DNA of 50,595 nucleotides. Source: a virus (lineage: Duplodnaviria; Caudoviricetes). The notes under the pieces are model-generated. The model was given only the letters and a program-made list of their open reading frames with translations. It was not told where the DNA came from and searched no databases. The position numbers were made by a program, and so were the translations under genes. Position 1 is the stretch's first letter. Each line of letters starts with the position of its first letter. Of this stretch, positions 32,588 through 41,789 are shown one piece after another. Location of the stretch: the IMG/VR virus record IMGVR_UViG_3300009604_000003, positions 1 through 50,595 of that record. The stretch is one strand, 5' to 3'.

Positions 32588-35040
32588 CCATCACTCTCCG
32601 CCATCTCTGCCATGCTGGTGGGTCGAAGGTCGTAGTGGAAATGCGCGACGACCTTAGCCAAGGACCAATCAAGTTCCCCAGTTGATTCTATTCTGACACG
32701 GATGTACTTCCCCCTCATGCCAAGGAAGTATGGGAGCATGAATCTGCGTCCTAACTTGGGGTCAATGTTGGTGGCGGCGGTGGCTAGAGCATTCTCTGCT
32801 CCTGTTTCATTTACATCGTGTGGGTTATCAAACGTAGAAACTCGAACAGTGAGGTTCGCGTCTTTTGTATTCTTACCCAAGTCAATGACTAACTCATCCA
32901 TCTGCTTAGTCATGTCTGGGTTCTCATTAACCCACAACTCCACATAACTGGCTACAGTCCCATCTTCTGAGTCACTTCTTTCGGTTGGATCGTATTTATA
33001 CGGGCTGTTACCAACCCAAGTGAGAAATCTGTATCCACTATCAGCCCTGTGCGAGGCCATGTAATTTACCTTCCCACTTGAGCCGGGAGAGGTTAGTTCT
33101 GTCGCTGGATCGCTTGTCTGGGAACCACCGACCCACCACTCTGAGGTAAAGTTCTTCCCTACATCGTGCATCAAGATCCTGTAAGAGTCGGTCGTATCTT
33201 CAATTGGCATAGAGATCAGGATCTTGTTTTCGCTTTCAATCATACCGACACGGATATCATCCTTCTGTTCGTCAGTAAGATTGCGTATCCATCCATCGAA
33301 CCCCAGTTTAGTTAGCAGGTTTATGGGCTTGCCGCCCTGAAGAAGTATTGGACCCTCGTCGCCCACATACAACATGCCATTAGATACAGGGTGAAGTGAC
33401 TTAGGATTCAGTACACCCGGCCCACCCATCTCTGCTACCTGAACATCTTTTCCCTTTTGCCCTATCTGGTAGATAGTCTTTCTGGTGATAAGCATGGTGC
33501 TGGTCCCCTCAGTCCATGCCCTAATAGGCTTGCCCTTCAGTTCAGGCATCGGTGCGAACGTATCACTCTGGGAGTTGGTTAGCCTGCCGATTTGCTCGGG
33601 ATGTCCCACGCTGTACTCTGCTCCATTTAGATGGACACCACTGTCAACATCCTCATATGGGTTATCTTCATAAGTTGCGTTGTACGTCTTCATTGCAGAA
33701 GCGTTGTACCCATCTACTTTCAGTGGGTACATATAGATAGCAGTCCCATTGCTAAGAATAGCCATGAGGTGTGACGGAACTGGACGTTCGTATTGATCCG
33801 TGTAATGCCCCGAATTAGACAGAGATTCGTTATCTCTATACAGGCACATGGAACTGCCGGGACAGTTGGAAACATCTATGTGAGACAAAGATGTATTTCC
33901 CGGCCAAATGTTCTCTAGATATGTCAGTGATGCCATGTAGTTAGACATGCCATGCGCTTGGTTATACAACATTCCGGGGAAGTGCGAATTAGGAACGGTG
34001 TACGTCATGACCTCTTTGCCGGTGGAACACCAGATGGCTATGTCATAGTCATCTTCTAGGCTCGTCATTTCGGGTCGGTCGGCAACAATCTGGTACTGAT
34101 ATCTGGTAGTCGTGGGGGCAGTAGGAGGAAATCGGATAACTGCCTTGGGGTCACAGGCTTTGCCAAATGTCTTTCTCTTTCGATCATATAAACCCACTCG
34201 GAACGCTACGTTCAGTGTCTTCTCTCCGCGATTGTTATGTGCTGTGGTTGGAACGTGCCAACAAAAGAGCGTCCCACTTATTGCCGTTGAATACAAGATG
34301 GAACACTGGTGTTCAAACCCCAACTCACTATCTTCACAACTGCAACCAGATTTGCAACCGCCGGAACCTCCAAGAGGCTCTGAGCATTGTGCGAAGCCCT
34401 CAATTCCACAGTTGCCTCCCCAAGTGGTGTTATTGCAGCAGACAAACTCGCCCACCGTACACCCACCTATGTTACCCTCGCTATCCACGCTGCAACATGT
34501 GCAATAATGGGCGCAATAATCACCCGATGGCAGTTGGAGGTTTTGCGCTGAGTACACATCCGGCACACTACCAATGTACCCACCCCCTATAGCCGGTACT
34601 CCGGGGGATCTGACGGTTGATCCGTCATATGAAAATATCGCCTGACCGAGATCGCCCTGACAAAAGTAAACTTCCCCACCATAAAGCGCAAAAGAACCGG
34701 GGTTATCTCCGCTTATGAGGGAGTAATTAGCGCCACTCGCGTCTATTGATTTAAATTCATCGTTACCAAAATAGTAAATGGTGTCACCGGATTTCAGCAT
34801 CAGGTCCGATGACCTACCACTATTAACAAGGTATGCACTTATGTGGTTGTCTGGATCGGTGGCACCATTGGGAGTGACAGCAGTAAACCCGCCCCTTCTC
34901 CTGAGACATCCATCGTTGCCGATGTCCATGTTCACCAGTTTTGTTACTGGGTTCTGGCCCATCGTCGGGCTGTTAGGTGAGAGTTTGAACTCTTCCCATA
35001 CAGCAGATGAACGATGAGACTGAGGTGTTTGCTTTGCCAT
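32584..35040 (-). CDS. Tail nozzle/tubular protein B-like (P22 gp10/T7 gp12 class), with Cys-rich insert
   Basis: 818 aa, beta-rich; N-terminal NMDIGNDGCLRRRGG and C-terminal GKYIRVRIES patterns typical of podovirus nozzle proteins. Confidence 0.65.
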   Translation of the reverse strand: MAKQTPQSHRSSAVWEEFKLSPNSPTMGQNPVTKLVNMDIGNDGCLRRRGGFTAVTPNGATDPDNHISAYLVNSGRSSDLMLKSGDTIYYFGNDEFKSIDASGANYSLISGDNPGSFALYGGEVYFCQGDLGQAIFSYDGSTVRSPGVPAIGGGYIGSVPDVYSAQNLQLPSGDYCAHYCTCCSVDSEGNIGGCTVGEFVCCNNTTWGGNCGIEGFAQCSEPLGGSGGCKSGCSCEDSELGFEHQCSILYSTAISGTLFCWHVPTTAHNNRGEKTLNVAFRVGLYDRKRKTFGKACDPKAVIRFPPTAPTTTRYQYQIVADRPEMTSLEDDYDIAIWCSTGKEVMTYTVPNSHFPGMLYNQAHGMSNYMASLTYLENIWPGNTSLSHIDVSNCPGSSMCLYRDNESLSNSGHYTDQYERPVPSHLMAILSNGTAIYMYPLKVDGYNASAMKTYNATYEDNPYEDVDSGVHLNGAEYSVGHPEQIGRLTNSQSDTFAPMPELKGKPIRAWTEGTSTMLITRKTIYQIGQKGKDVQVAEMGGPGVLNPKSLHPVSNGMLYVGDEGPILLQGGKPINLLTKLGFDGWIRNLTDEQKDDIRVGMIESENKILISMPIEDTTDSYRILMHDVGKNFTSEWWVGGSQTSDPATELTSPGSSGKVNYMASHRADSGYRFLTWVGNSPYKYDPTERSDSEDGTVASYVELWVNENPDMTKQMDELVIDLGKNTKDANLTVRVSTFDNPHDVNETGAENALATAATNIDPKLGRRFMLPYFLGMRGKYIRVRIESTGELDWSLAKVVAHFHYDLRPTSMAEMAESDG

Positions 35041-35046
35041 GATCCA

Positions 35047-36132
35047 TTACCCCATGCCGCCAAGGAACCTGCCATTGAAAGACTTGAAGGACTTGATGAA
35101 CTTAGTTGGCTTGTAGTAAGAAGCGTTCCACTCAATGGATCCCTGATCATCGAACTCAGCAAGGAGTGTCATGTAATCCCTGTCCACCTTAGCCATGAAT
35201 CGAAGAGCATCCTTGTTGTCCCCGCTGTACTCGTGCATTGATCTTGCAACAACCCTGTCTCTGAGGTGCATACGGAATGCTGCGGGCATTTGATCTAAGC
35301 CTGTAGTGGAATCGTAGTCAGTTCCCAGATCCGGTGCGGATGTATAAATGGTGGCGAATACGTCATACGCTTTGTCTGGTTCTGGCAGGAAATGGATCTG
35401 CGGCAGGGTGGATCCGTCTGGCACTAGATAGAAGAACCTCGGCCTGCCAGTCTGATCTGATGCTTCTGCGTACCTAGCCATGAGTGCTGCAAATCTAGTT
35501 GAATCTTGCCACTCACAATCTGTGACTGTCTTGTTAGTATCTTTAATGTGAAGGATTTTACTAGCGAAACCATCGAACCCGATCTCAGAGTCCCCGGAAT
35601 CAAGAGTGCCATCGGCGTTGAGAACCAACCAGACGGGCCGCCTTCTCCATCTCCACTTCTTAGCCTCCCAGAGGAAGATGAACTCCTCTTGGATGGACCT
35701 GTCTACTTCAGAAACGGGTGGGAATACGGGTGTTGGCCGCCTGATAAGGACGGAGATTATTGATCTCCTAAACTTCCCTATCGTAGGGAGGCTGGATTCT
35801 CCGAATGTTGTGGCCCAATCAGATGCGTATGTCTGTGCTATCTGCCCCAGCAGTGGTACTACATGTGCCTGTTGAAATGCGGTGGCGTCATCGACTGACC
35901 GATAGATGCGCATCATGCGCATGATGGCCTCGGCTTCAGTTAGTTCGTCCCACGATGTGTCTACCGTGGTCTGACCATCTTCGCCTGTGGCATCTACATA
36001 CCAACGCTGCAACTCTTTGACGCGCAACTCTGACTGAGCCTGAGCAGCATTTAGTGCGTTATTGGCATCCGTTGGGATGTTGTCAGTTCTGCCGAATACC
36101 GCTCTTAGTACGTTGTTATCGACAAAGGCCAT
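35047..36132 (-). CDS. Head-tail adaptor/tail tubular protein A-like
   Basis: W.WRR, GRPRFF, IHFLPEPDKAY adaptor motifs; upstream of the nozzle. Confidence 0.65.
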   Translation of the reverse strand: MAFVDNNVLRAVFGRTDNIPTDANNALNAAQAQSELRVKELQRWYVDATGEDGQTTVDTSWDELTEAEAIMRMMRIYRSVDDATAFQQAHVVPLLGQIAQTYASDWATTFGESSLPTIGKFRRSIISVLIRRPTPVFPPVSEVDRSIQEEFIFLWEAKKWRWRRRPVWLVLNADGTLDSGDSEIGFDGFASKILHIKDTNKTVTDCEWQDSTRFAALMARYAEASDQTGRPRFFYLVPDGSTLPQIHFLPEPDKAYDVFATIYTSAPDLGTDYDSTTGLDQMPAAFRMHLRDRVVARSMHEYSGDNKDALRFMAKVDRDYMTLLAEFDDQGSIEWNASYYKPTKFIKSFKSFNGRFLGGMG

Positions 36133-36779
36133 TAGATTTCCGCGAATGCACAGTTGCCGGATGCGGCGGCAGTGCCAGCACCACCGTTTACATCAACACT
36201 GAATTGCACATACTTGGCACCCAGAGTCAACAGTGAGACAGAAACCCCTGCTCCAGAAGTGGTACCAGCCCCGTCCCCAGCAGAGGTAACGAAGTCAGGA
36301 AGCCCGCCAACGTAAGAGGTTGACTTTCCTGTTCCCAAGTAGTGGTGGGTAGTGCCACCAGCAGCAGCGATAAGGGTACACCACATATCGGTTGTGGCAA
36401 TCGGGCCAGCCTGAGCAGCGGCGATTGCACCATCGTGAATTGTGCAATCAAGTGCCGCGATGATTTGTGGAATCCATGCAACAGTCTCGCTGGACTTAAC
36501 GACAGGTTCATAGTCGTAAAGGGGGTGCCACAGAGTAACCCACAGACGAAACTCTTCGGATCTGGCATCTGTTCCGTATGGCATAATCATGATGGCATTG
36601 CATTTGCCCAACTTGTGGACCCCAGCCGTTGCTAGCAAGGGTTCTGTGGCTGTAGGAAGAAGCCCGGCAAACGAGGTTGTTGTTGCGTTTGTCTGGAATG
36701 CCCGGCGCAGGACTCCCTGTGGGAAATGGTCCTGTCTATGGGCAGATGTAATCGGTGATCTTGGATATGCGTCTGTCAT
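36132..36779 (-). CDS. Hypothetical structural protein
   Basis: 215 aa, A/G/T-rich beta protein in the tail module. Confidence 0.6.
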   Translation of the reverse strand: MTDAYPRSPITSAHRQDHFPQGVLRRAFQTNATTTSFAGLLPTATEPLLATAGVHKLGKCNAIMIMPYGTDARSEEFRLWVTLWHPLYDYEPVVKSSETVAWIPQIIAALDCTIHDGAIAAAQAGPIATTDMWCTLIAAAGGTTHHYLGTGKSTSYVGGLPDFVTSAGDGAGTTSGAGVSVSLLTLGAKYVQFSVDVNGGAGTAAASGNCAFAEI

Positions 36780-36785
36780 TGTTCC

Positions 36786-37025
36786 TTAACTTTCTGGCTT
36801 AGTGAGTGTTCGACTCTCAAGTAGTGTATAGCCCTTTAGATTCTCAGCGGTGTCACCTTTAGCGGCAGCCGAAGTGGTGAACGGGAATCCGAATGTGGTG
36901 TAATACCCGCCACCAGTGGTGCCGAAGGGGTCAGGCAAGATGCCCATAGTCACGAGGTTCTCAGCAACCACGGTAGCCACGGGTTCAGATAGTGTTCTAC
37001 TTGCTGTTAGTTGATAAAGAGCCAA
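36786..37025 (-). CDS. Hypothetical protein
   Basis: 79-aa ORF, TTG start; LxxSRTL at both ends. Confidence 0.55.
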   Translation of the reverse strand: MALYQLTASRTLSEPVATVVAENLVTMGILPDPFGTTGGGYYTTFGFPFTTSAAAKGDTAENLKGYTLLESRTLTKPES

Positions 37026-37032
37026 GCCTCAC

Positions 37033-37152
37033 TCACTTCCTTCCGCACCCCACGCCAAGCATTCGCTTAACGAATGGGCAGCAGTAGATGCCTGCGCAAA
37101 ACGAAAGAACCCCAACAAGAACTACGAACCACATTGTGTCCATAAAATCCAT
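37033..37152 (-). CDS. Small membrane protein (39 aa), not in the ORF track; possible holin component
   Basis: MDFMDTMWFVVLVGVLSFCAGIYCCPFVKRMLGVGCGRK; TAATG-coupled; one TM helix and a basic tail. Confidence 0.55.
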   Translation of the reverse strand: MDFMDTMWFVVLVGVLSFCAGIYCCPFVKRMLGVGCGRK

Positions 37153-37541
37153 TACGAAATTTCCCTATGACTGAGAATTTGCTTGGTCGTCTTGTACGTC
37201 CATGCCAATGTTAGCACACCAGTGGCAACTACCACTGGAATAAATAGCGCATGAGCGTATGTACATACGATCCAATTCAAAAGAATGAGCGAGATGCCCC
37301 CTACGATGGGGTACCATCCCTTCTTCCCTGATGTGATTACCAGAAGAACTAGGCCTGCGGCCACAGCCAGCGCGCCTATCCAACTTAGTAACTTCATCCC
37401 CTCGAAGCCCCCGCTCTCTACCACGTGCGTGATCAACTCAACAGGGCTAGTTTCACTACTAGACCACGGTAGTTGCACGATCTTCTGCCCCTTACAGGCA
37501 GCGAGAAACAGGATTGGTAGTGCAAAGAATAGTTTTTTCAT
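37152..37541 (-). CDS. Lipoprotein with C-terminal transmembrane helices (lysis/spanin-like candidate)
   Basis: MKKLFFALPILFLAA-C lipobox followed by about three hydrophobic helices. Confidence 0.6.
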   Translation of the reverse strand: MKKLFFALPILFLAACKGQKIVQLPWSSSETSPVELITHVVESGGFEGMKLLSWIGALAVAAGLVLLVITSGKKGWYPIVGGISLILLNWIVCTYAHALFIPVVVATGVLTLAWTYKTTKQILSHREIS

Positions 37542-37756
37542 TTGGTTAGTACCAGAATTGTGGTTGTCGTGATGCTGGAGAAAATGACGGCTGCTGTTGC
37601 AGATGCGATATACATCTTGGTTCTTAGAATTGCAATGTCTTTCTCTATATTTTGCAGCCTTCCTTCGATCTTGTCCAGTCGCTTCTGGGTTCCGCCAAGG
37701 GATTCGGTTACGAATTTCCTGTACTCTACCCAGCCGTTTCCTGACTCGACATCCAT
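37538..37756 (-). CDS. Coiled-coil protein with C-terminal TM (holin/XhlA-like candidate)
   Basis: RLDKIEGRLQNIEKDIAIL heptads then a hydrophobic tail. Confidence 0.55.
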   Translation of the reverse strand: MDVESGNGWVEYRKFVTESLGGTQKRLDKIEGRLQNIEKDIAILRTKMYIASATAAVIFSSITTTTILVLTK

Positions 37757-38217
37757 GGTGGGATCATATTACCAGAAGTATCTTCTTTAGGAGAAACATA
37801 AACGCTATGTTCATTACGTCCATAGCCACGAGCATACATGAAGTCTTCTAAGTTCATGGTCATGGGTAATTCTGATGGGTTCAATTCACTACTAACAGGG
37901 GGGTGAATCGTCATTAGGAACGTAGCCTTCCACCTCTCCCTGCTTTTTCTCCACACAACGACAGCGAGATCGCCCATCGTTTTGTCTCCGTGCGCTTGGA
38001 AGAGTGCTTCTTCAAGGATCTTGGACCCAACAGATATGCGCTCGTTGAACTTAACCTCGAAGTGAACGCCCGCCATATCGTGTATTACGTCCGGTGAGTT
38101 GGGGCCACCGGCCCGCTGCTGTCCTCTTACCGCATGAATGCCATAGTGCCCCAGTTCTTTGGCAAACTGCAACTCACCACGACATCCCTTAGCCCTAGAA
38201 TTCACCCTCTTCTTCAT
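37726..38217 (-). CDS. Holliday-junction resolvase, PD-(D/E)xK (Hjc-like)
   Basis: NSRAKGCRGE, SPDV, HFEVK motifs. Confidence 0.8.
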   Translation of the reverse strand: MKKRVNSRAKGCRGELQFAKELGHYGIHAVRGQQRAGGPNSPDVIHDMAGVHFEVKFNERISVGSKILEEALFQAHGDKTMGDLAVVVWRKSRERWKATFLMTIHPPVSSELNPSELPMTMNLEDFMYARGYGRNEHSVYVSPKEDTSGNMIPPWMSSQETAG

Positions 38218-38488
38218 CTGATTGCTCTTCTAATAAAAACAAGAATCCCGGCGTGTTTCTACCTTTATAAACACCACAGACATTCTCTTCCATCCACTCC
38301 ACTGCATCATCCCAACTCCCACCCTTCTCCTCCATGATGATCTCTACGCAACTGTCGTAGTCATATACCGCAATGGTTGGTACTCTCGCTCGTCTAACAA
38401 ACCCCACATAGGCCTTCTCAAAGCCATCGATTACAATTATGTCTTTGTTAAGGGCCGATACGTCACGATATTCTCTCGACATTCCCAT
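38195..38488 (-). CDS. Conserved phage hypothetical protein
   Basis: DGFEKAYVG...AVYD...A.EW...N..G...G..TP.F pattern widespread in phages. Confidence 0.7.
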   Translation of the reverse strand: MGMSREYRDVSALNKDIIVIDGFEKAYVGFVRRARVPTIAVYDYDSCVEIIMEEKGGSWDDAVEWMEENVCGVYKGRNTPGFLFLLEEQSDEEEGEF

Positions 38489-38681
38489 AACCGCATCCTA
38501 GAGCATCCAGCATCCTCTCCACGGTAGATATACGACAATCAAGATCCCCCTTCAAGTAACTATATATAGTGGGTGAATCAAGTTTTGTTTCTTTCATCAA
38601 CCAATATCTGGTGCGTCCCTGCCGCTCCAATTCTACAAGTATCGCTTGTGCAGTTGGCCCAATTTTTTTCTCTTCACTCAT
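38463..38681 (-). CDS. Cro/C1-type HTH transcriptional regulator
   Basis: TRYWLMKETKLDSPTIYSYLKG...ISTVERMLDALG. Confidence 0.75.
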   Translation of the reverse strand: MSEEKKIGPTAQAILVELERQGRTRYWLMKETKLDSPTIYSYLKGDLDCRISTVERMLDALGCGYGNVERIS

Positions 38682-38747
38682 TCTAACGAGGCTCCCATCT
38701 CATCCATCGGCATCATACTCTCTATCGCTCCAATTACAGCGGCTTGT

Positions 38748-38975
38748 GGATACTTGGGACACATGGGACACATGTTCTTATAAAGCCCAATCAACTCTAT
38801 TCGCTTACTCTCTTTTTGTTATATATTTCTACTGTTTAATGTGTCCCAAGTGTCCCAAGTGTCCCAGCCCCAAAAAAAATTGTGTGTAAATATTTGTCAA
38901 CACAGGCCTTATAAAACTTCCTGAGACTGTGGCCCTTCGCCCAACATGTGTCCCAACATGTGTCCCATGTGTCCT
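38748..38975. repeat. Putative replication origin: GTGTCCC iterons around an AT-rich spacer
   Basis: GGGACAC x2 (inverted), GTGTCCC x3 at 38841-38865, two more plus a variant at 38948-38975; immediately downstream of the primase-helicase gene. Confidence 0.7.
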
Positions 38976-41382
38976 AAATCGAGTCGTATTCAGGTATGTC
39001 GTACACAATGTCACCGACTTTATGCTCATCCCCATACCAAACCCAGCATCGAGACTTCCCATGCCGCCTGTCTAGTTTGAGTTCCTCAAGGGGTTCGAGG
39101 GTCATCATGTTTTTGATCCACGTGGTGCAGCCCTTGGGCGACATGGAGTTGTCTATCACATCTTGGTCCCTCAACTCGTTCACCAATATCTTCTTGGGCA
39201 TTCGAACAGCATCAGTGATGGGACTGTATCCCCTTCTGCGGATGAGGTCACAGATGCACTTGGCGACCTCTTCTGCCTCCTCCAGATCAGAGTCAACCTC
39301 TGGCCGGAGTGCTTGGTAGTAGGTGATGACGGCATCGGCGTTATCAAACTTCCCGATTATGGCTCTTTGCCATGTGGCCCATCGGTCTAGTTTCCCCGAA
39401 GAAATCGTGCTAAGACTGGGCTGTTCCAACCAGTGCATGATGTCGGAGATAAGTTGCGCCCGGTTCTCCTTGATGAAGTTCTCTTTCCAAGAGTTGAAGT
39501 CATTGGAGTGCTGGGGCTGCCCCACATTTATGATGATCGACCTCTCTGCTAAGTCGCGGCTTAGTGTGGGCGTGTTGGCTGTGATAAACCAAGTCAGATA
39601 GTTGGGCCTGCTAAATTGCCCCTTGTACATCTTCTTGCCATCCATAGTCCTTGCGGTGATGGCGCTCTCAAGACCACCACGGGACAGTCTGGATTTCAGG
39701 TTGTCGATTAGTACGCACCGTTGGGACAAGGACTCGTCGGACAACAACCTTGCTCGGACTGCCTCCCAGTCCTCCCTCTCGCTAATTGACGGTGCCCCAC
39801 CCCATATCTCACAAATCAACGAGGCGGTCGTGGTCTTCCCTACACCACGACCATACCTCGATGTGAATACGAACGCTGGTCTTGTGCCCGGAGGCCCACC
39901 CCACCCCGGAGTTACCAGAGCAGCCAGCATGAGTTGCCGGTCATAATCCGTCTCTGGATTGAATCTACTAATGAGTTCATCCAGCGCATGGCCTGTTGGC
40001 TCAGGCAGTTCAGACTTCAGGTAGTAAACACCATCAACCTCTGGAAAATGTGGGAGTATCTCCACGGATTTGTACTGCGGCTTGGCCTCCATGCACATGT
40101 ACTCATGCATCTCCTTCTTGGTCACAGTGTTCCGCTTAGCGTTAGTGTCACGACACACACACTCGCGCGATGTCCACCTGATGTCGCATTCCTTTAGTAA
40201 GTATGCAAAGAAGGCAGCCTCGTTGGTGATGTACCTGATGCTGCCACCACTGGGCAGTTCGCCCTCCGGTGGTTTGTCGCCAAGAACAAACATCATGCCG
40301 TTCACCAAGCGGGGCCAGCCGTCATTGGATTCTTGAATCATCTCGCAGATCTTTGGTGCCGTGATGTAGCAGCGACGAGACTCGTCACCTGTTCCTAAGT
40401 CTGCGACATTAGATACGGTTGGCCTGTATTTGCGACCTGTCCCCGAAGCACGCTCCCTAGATTCATCCGTTCCATAAATCATTCTCTGGATGCATGATTC
40501 AATCGTGTCATCATCATCTTCCCGTGGTGTCCGGGGCTTCGAGTATGCGGATTTGATGGAGGTTTCTATCTCTGTCGGGGTAAGACCAGAGTTCATGGCC
40601 GGGCGTACTAAGAGATCCATAGTCTCTCGCTCGGTGTACCCGCGCCCGGACAGGTCGCACGCAGCAGTAAACAACCTGCTGTTGCGCTCACCTGCGGGTG
40701 CGCCTTGCTTCATGAAGTAGATTGTTGCGGGGTGTGGCTCCGCCTGCCCCATTTCTATCTCGCGCGGGGTGGCGGTGGACGCGGGCTTGATGTTTTCTAA
40801 TGGTTCAACACCAACGTCGTTGAGTTCGTAGACAGCATCTAAGTGAATGCTAAGCGACTTGCACTCGACATGCGGATCGTACTTCACGTTTAGAAAACCG
40901 GGAAGACGCATGATCCTTGGAGGATCTTTGATCTTTGGGTCACTCCCGCACGCAGCGATTAGTCCACGCTGGTATGCAGACCAGACCTCGGGATCAGAGA
41001 TCGGCTCTTCTAAACGCCAATAGATATGCACGCCGTGTCCGCTATGAACTTCTGCTGTGGGGGTGGGCAACCCTTGGTTGCTGATGATTGTTCTTGCGTA
41101 GTCTGCTGATACGTTGTCGAAGTCTACGAACAGGCAACGGAACGTGGCTACATCTTCGGTTGCGCTCCCGCCCTTCCTAGTACGCGGGTTGGCACCGAAG
41201 TAGATATTCTGGCCGTCGAGGTTTCGGCTATTGTAGTACGCTAGTTTCTCGTGGATTTCACTGGCCTTGCACCAGTCGCGCTCACCCGATGGGAGCATCC
41301 GTACTTCTACCAGATCATCTTGGTTGAATATCGCGGAGATAAACTCCGCGACGATTTCTACGGTTCTCGTCTCTTCCGACAT
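38974..41382 (-). CDS. Primase-polymerase (RepB-like AEP) + PriCT + helicase replication protein
   Basis: LFVDFD, VHSGHGVHIYW, DPPRIMRLPGF (prim-pol); GERNSRLF (PriCT); GRGVGKTT and VLIDN (P-loop helicase). Confidence 0.85.
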   Translation of the reverse strand: MSEETRTVEIVAEFISAIFNQDDLVEVRMLPSGERDWCKASEIHEKLAYYNSRNLDGQNIYFGANPRTRKGGSATEDVATFRCLFVDFDNVSADYARTIISNQGLPTPTAEVHSGHGVHIYWRLEEPISDPEVWSAYQRGLIAACGSDPKIKDPPRIMRLPGFLNVKYDPHVECKSLSIHLDAVYELNDVGVEPLENIKPASTATPREIEMGQAEPHPATIYFMKQGAPAGERNSRLFTAACDLSGRGYTERETMDLLVRPAMNSGLTPTEIETSIKSAYSKPRTPREDDDDTIESCIQRMIYGTDESRERASGTGRKYRPTVSNVADLGTGDESRRCYITAPKICEMIQESNDGWPRLVNGMMFVLGDKPPEGELPSGGSIRYITNEAAFFAYLLKECDIRWTSRECVCRDTNAKRNTVTKKEMHEYMCMEAKPQYKSVEILPHFPEVDGVYYLKSELPEPTGHALDELISRFNPETDYDRQLMLAALVTPGWGGPPGTRPAFVFTSRYGRGVGKTTTASLICEIWGGAPSISEREDWEAVRARLLSDESLSQRCVLIDNLKSRLSRGGLESAITARTMDGKKMYKGQFSRPNYLTWFITANTPTLSRDLAERSIIINVGQPQHSNDFNSWKENFIKENRAQLISDIMHWLEQPSLSTISSGKLDRWATWQRAIIGKFDNADAVITYYQALRPEVDSDLEEAEEVAKCICDLIRRRGYSPITDAVRMPKKILVNELRDQDVIDNSMSPKGCTTWIKNMMTLEPLEELKLDRRHGKSRCWVWYGDEHKVGDIVYDIPEYDSI

Positions 41383-41478
41383 GTTGGGTTAGTCGCCTCC
41401 CTGCGTCTGGTACTGCATTGTACAGCACCTACCCAAATCACCTTCGACCTGTTCTAAAACATGTTCATTGATTGTGCA

Positions 41479-41580
41479 TCAGGCAGGGAAGATCAGCCCG
41501 CCGATCCATAGACCAACTAGAAGACCAAGCAAAGACGCTAGGATCTTCAGGTCAATGGGAAGACTTCCGATTTCTTTCAG
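41479..41580 (-). CDS. Possible 33-aa membrane peptide with CTG start
   Basis: (L/M)KEIGSLPIDLKILASLLGLLVGLWIGGLIFPA; the CTG overlaps the upstream TGA (CTGA). Confidence 0.35.
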   Translation of the reverse strand: MKEIGSLPIDLKILASLLGLLVGLWIGGLIFPA

Positions 41581-41783
41581 GGGCGCGGCTTCATTCTCTT
41601 CATGATCGTAAAAAGTCTTTGGTCATCTCGTTCTAATCGACGCTCGACTAGATTCGTTTTTTCTCTCAACCTGAACAGGTCTTCCTCGATCTTCGTTAGC
41701 CTATGACTCATCTTCCAGAAGGTCGCAAATGAACCCGTGACGGCTGCCGAGGCAACGACTGTCAGTATCTCTGCCCAGTCCAT
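41577..41783 (-). CDS. Small membrane-anchored coiled-coil protein
   Basis: N-terminal hydrophobic helix then RLTKIEEDL coil. Confidence 0.6.
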   Translation of the reverse strand: MDWAEILTVVASAAVTGSFATFWKMSHRLTKIEEDLFRLREKTNLVERRLERDDQRLFTIMKRMKPRP

Positions 41784-41789
41784 GGTTGA

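Noticed and set aside
17875-36789. Numerous + strand ORFs antisense to tail and ejection genes
   Set aside because: Shadow ORFs opposite long, coupled - strand genes
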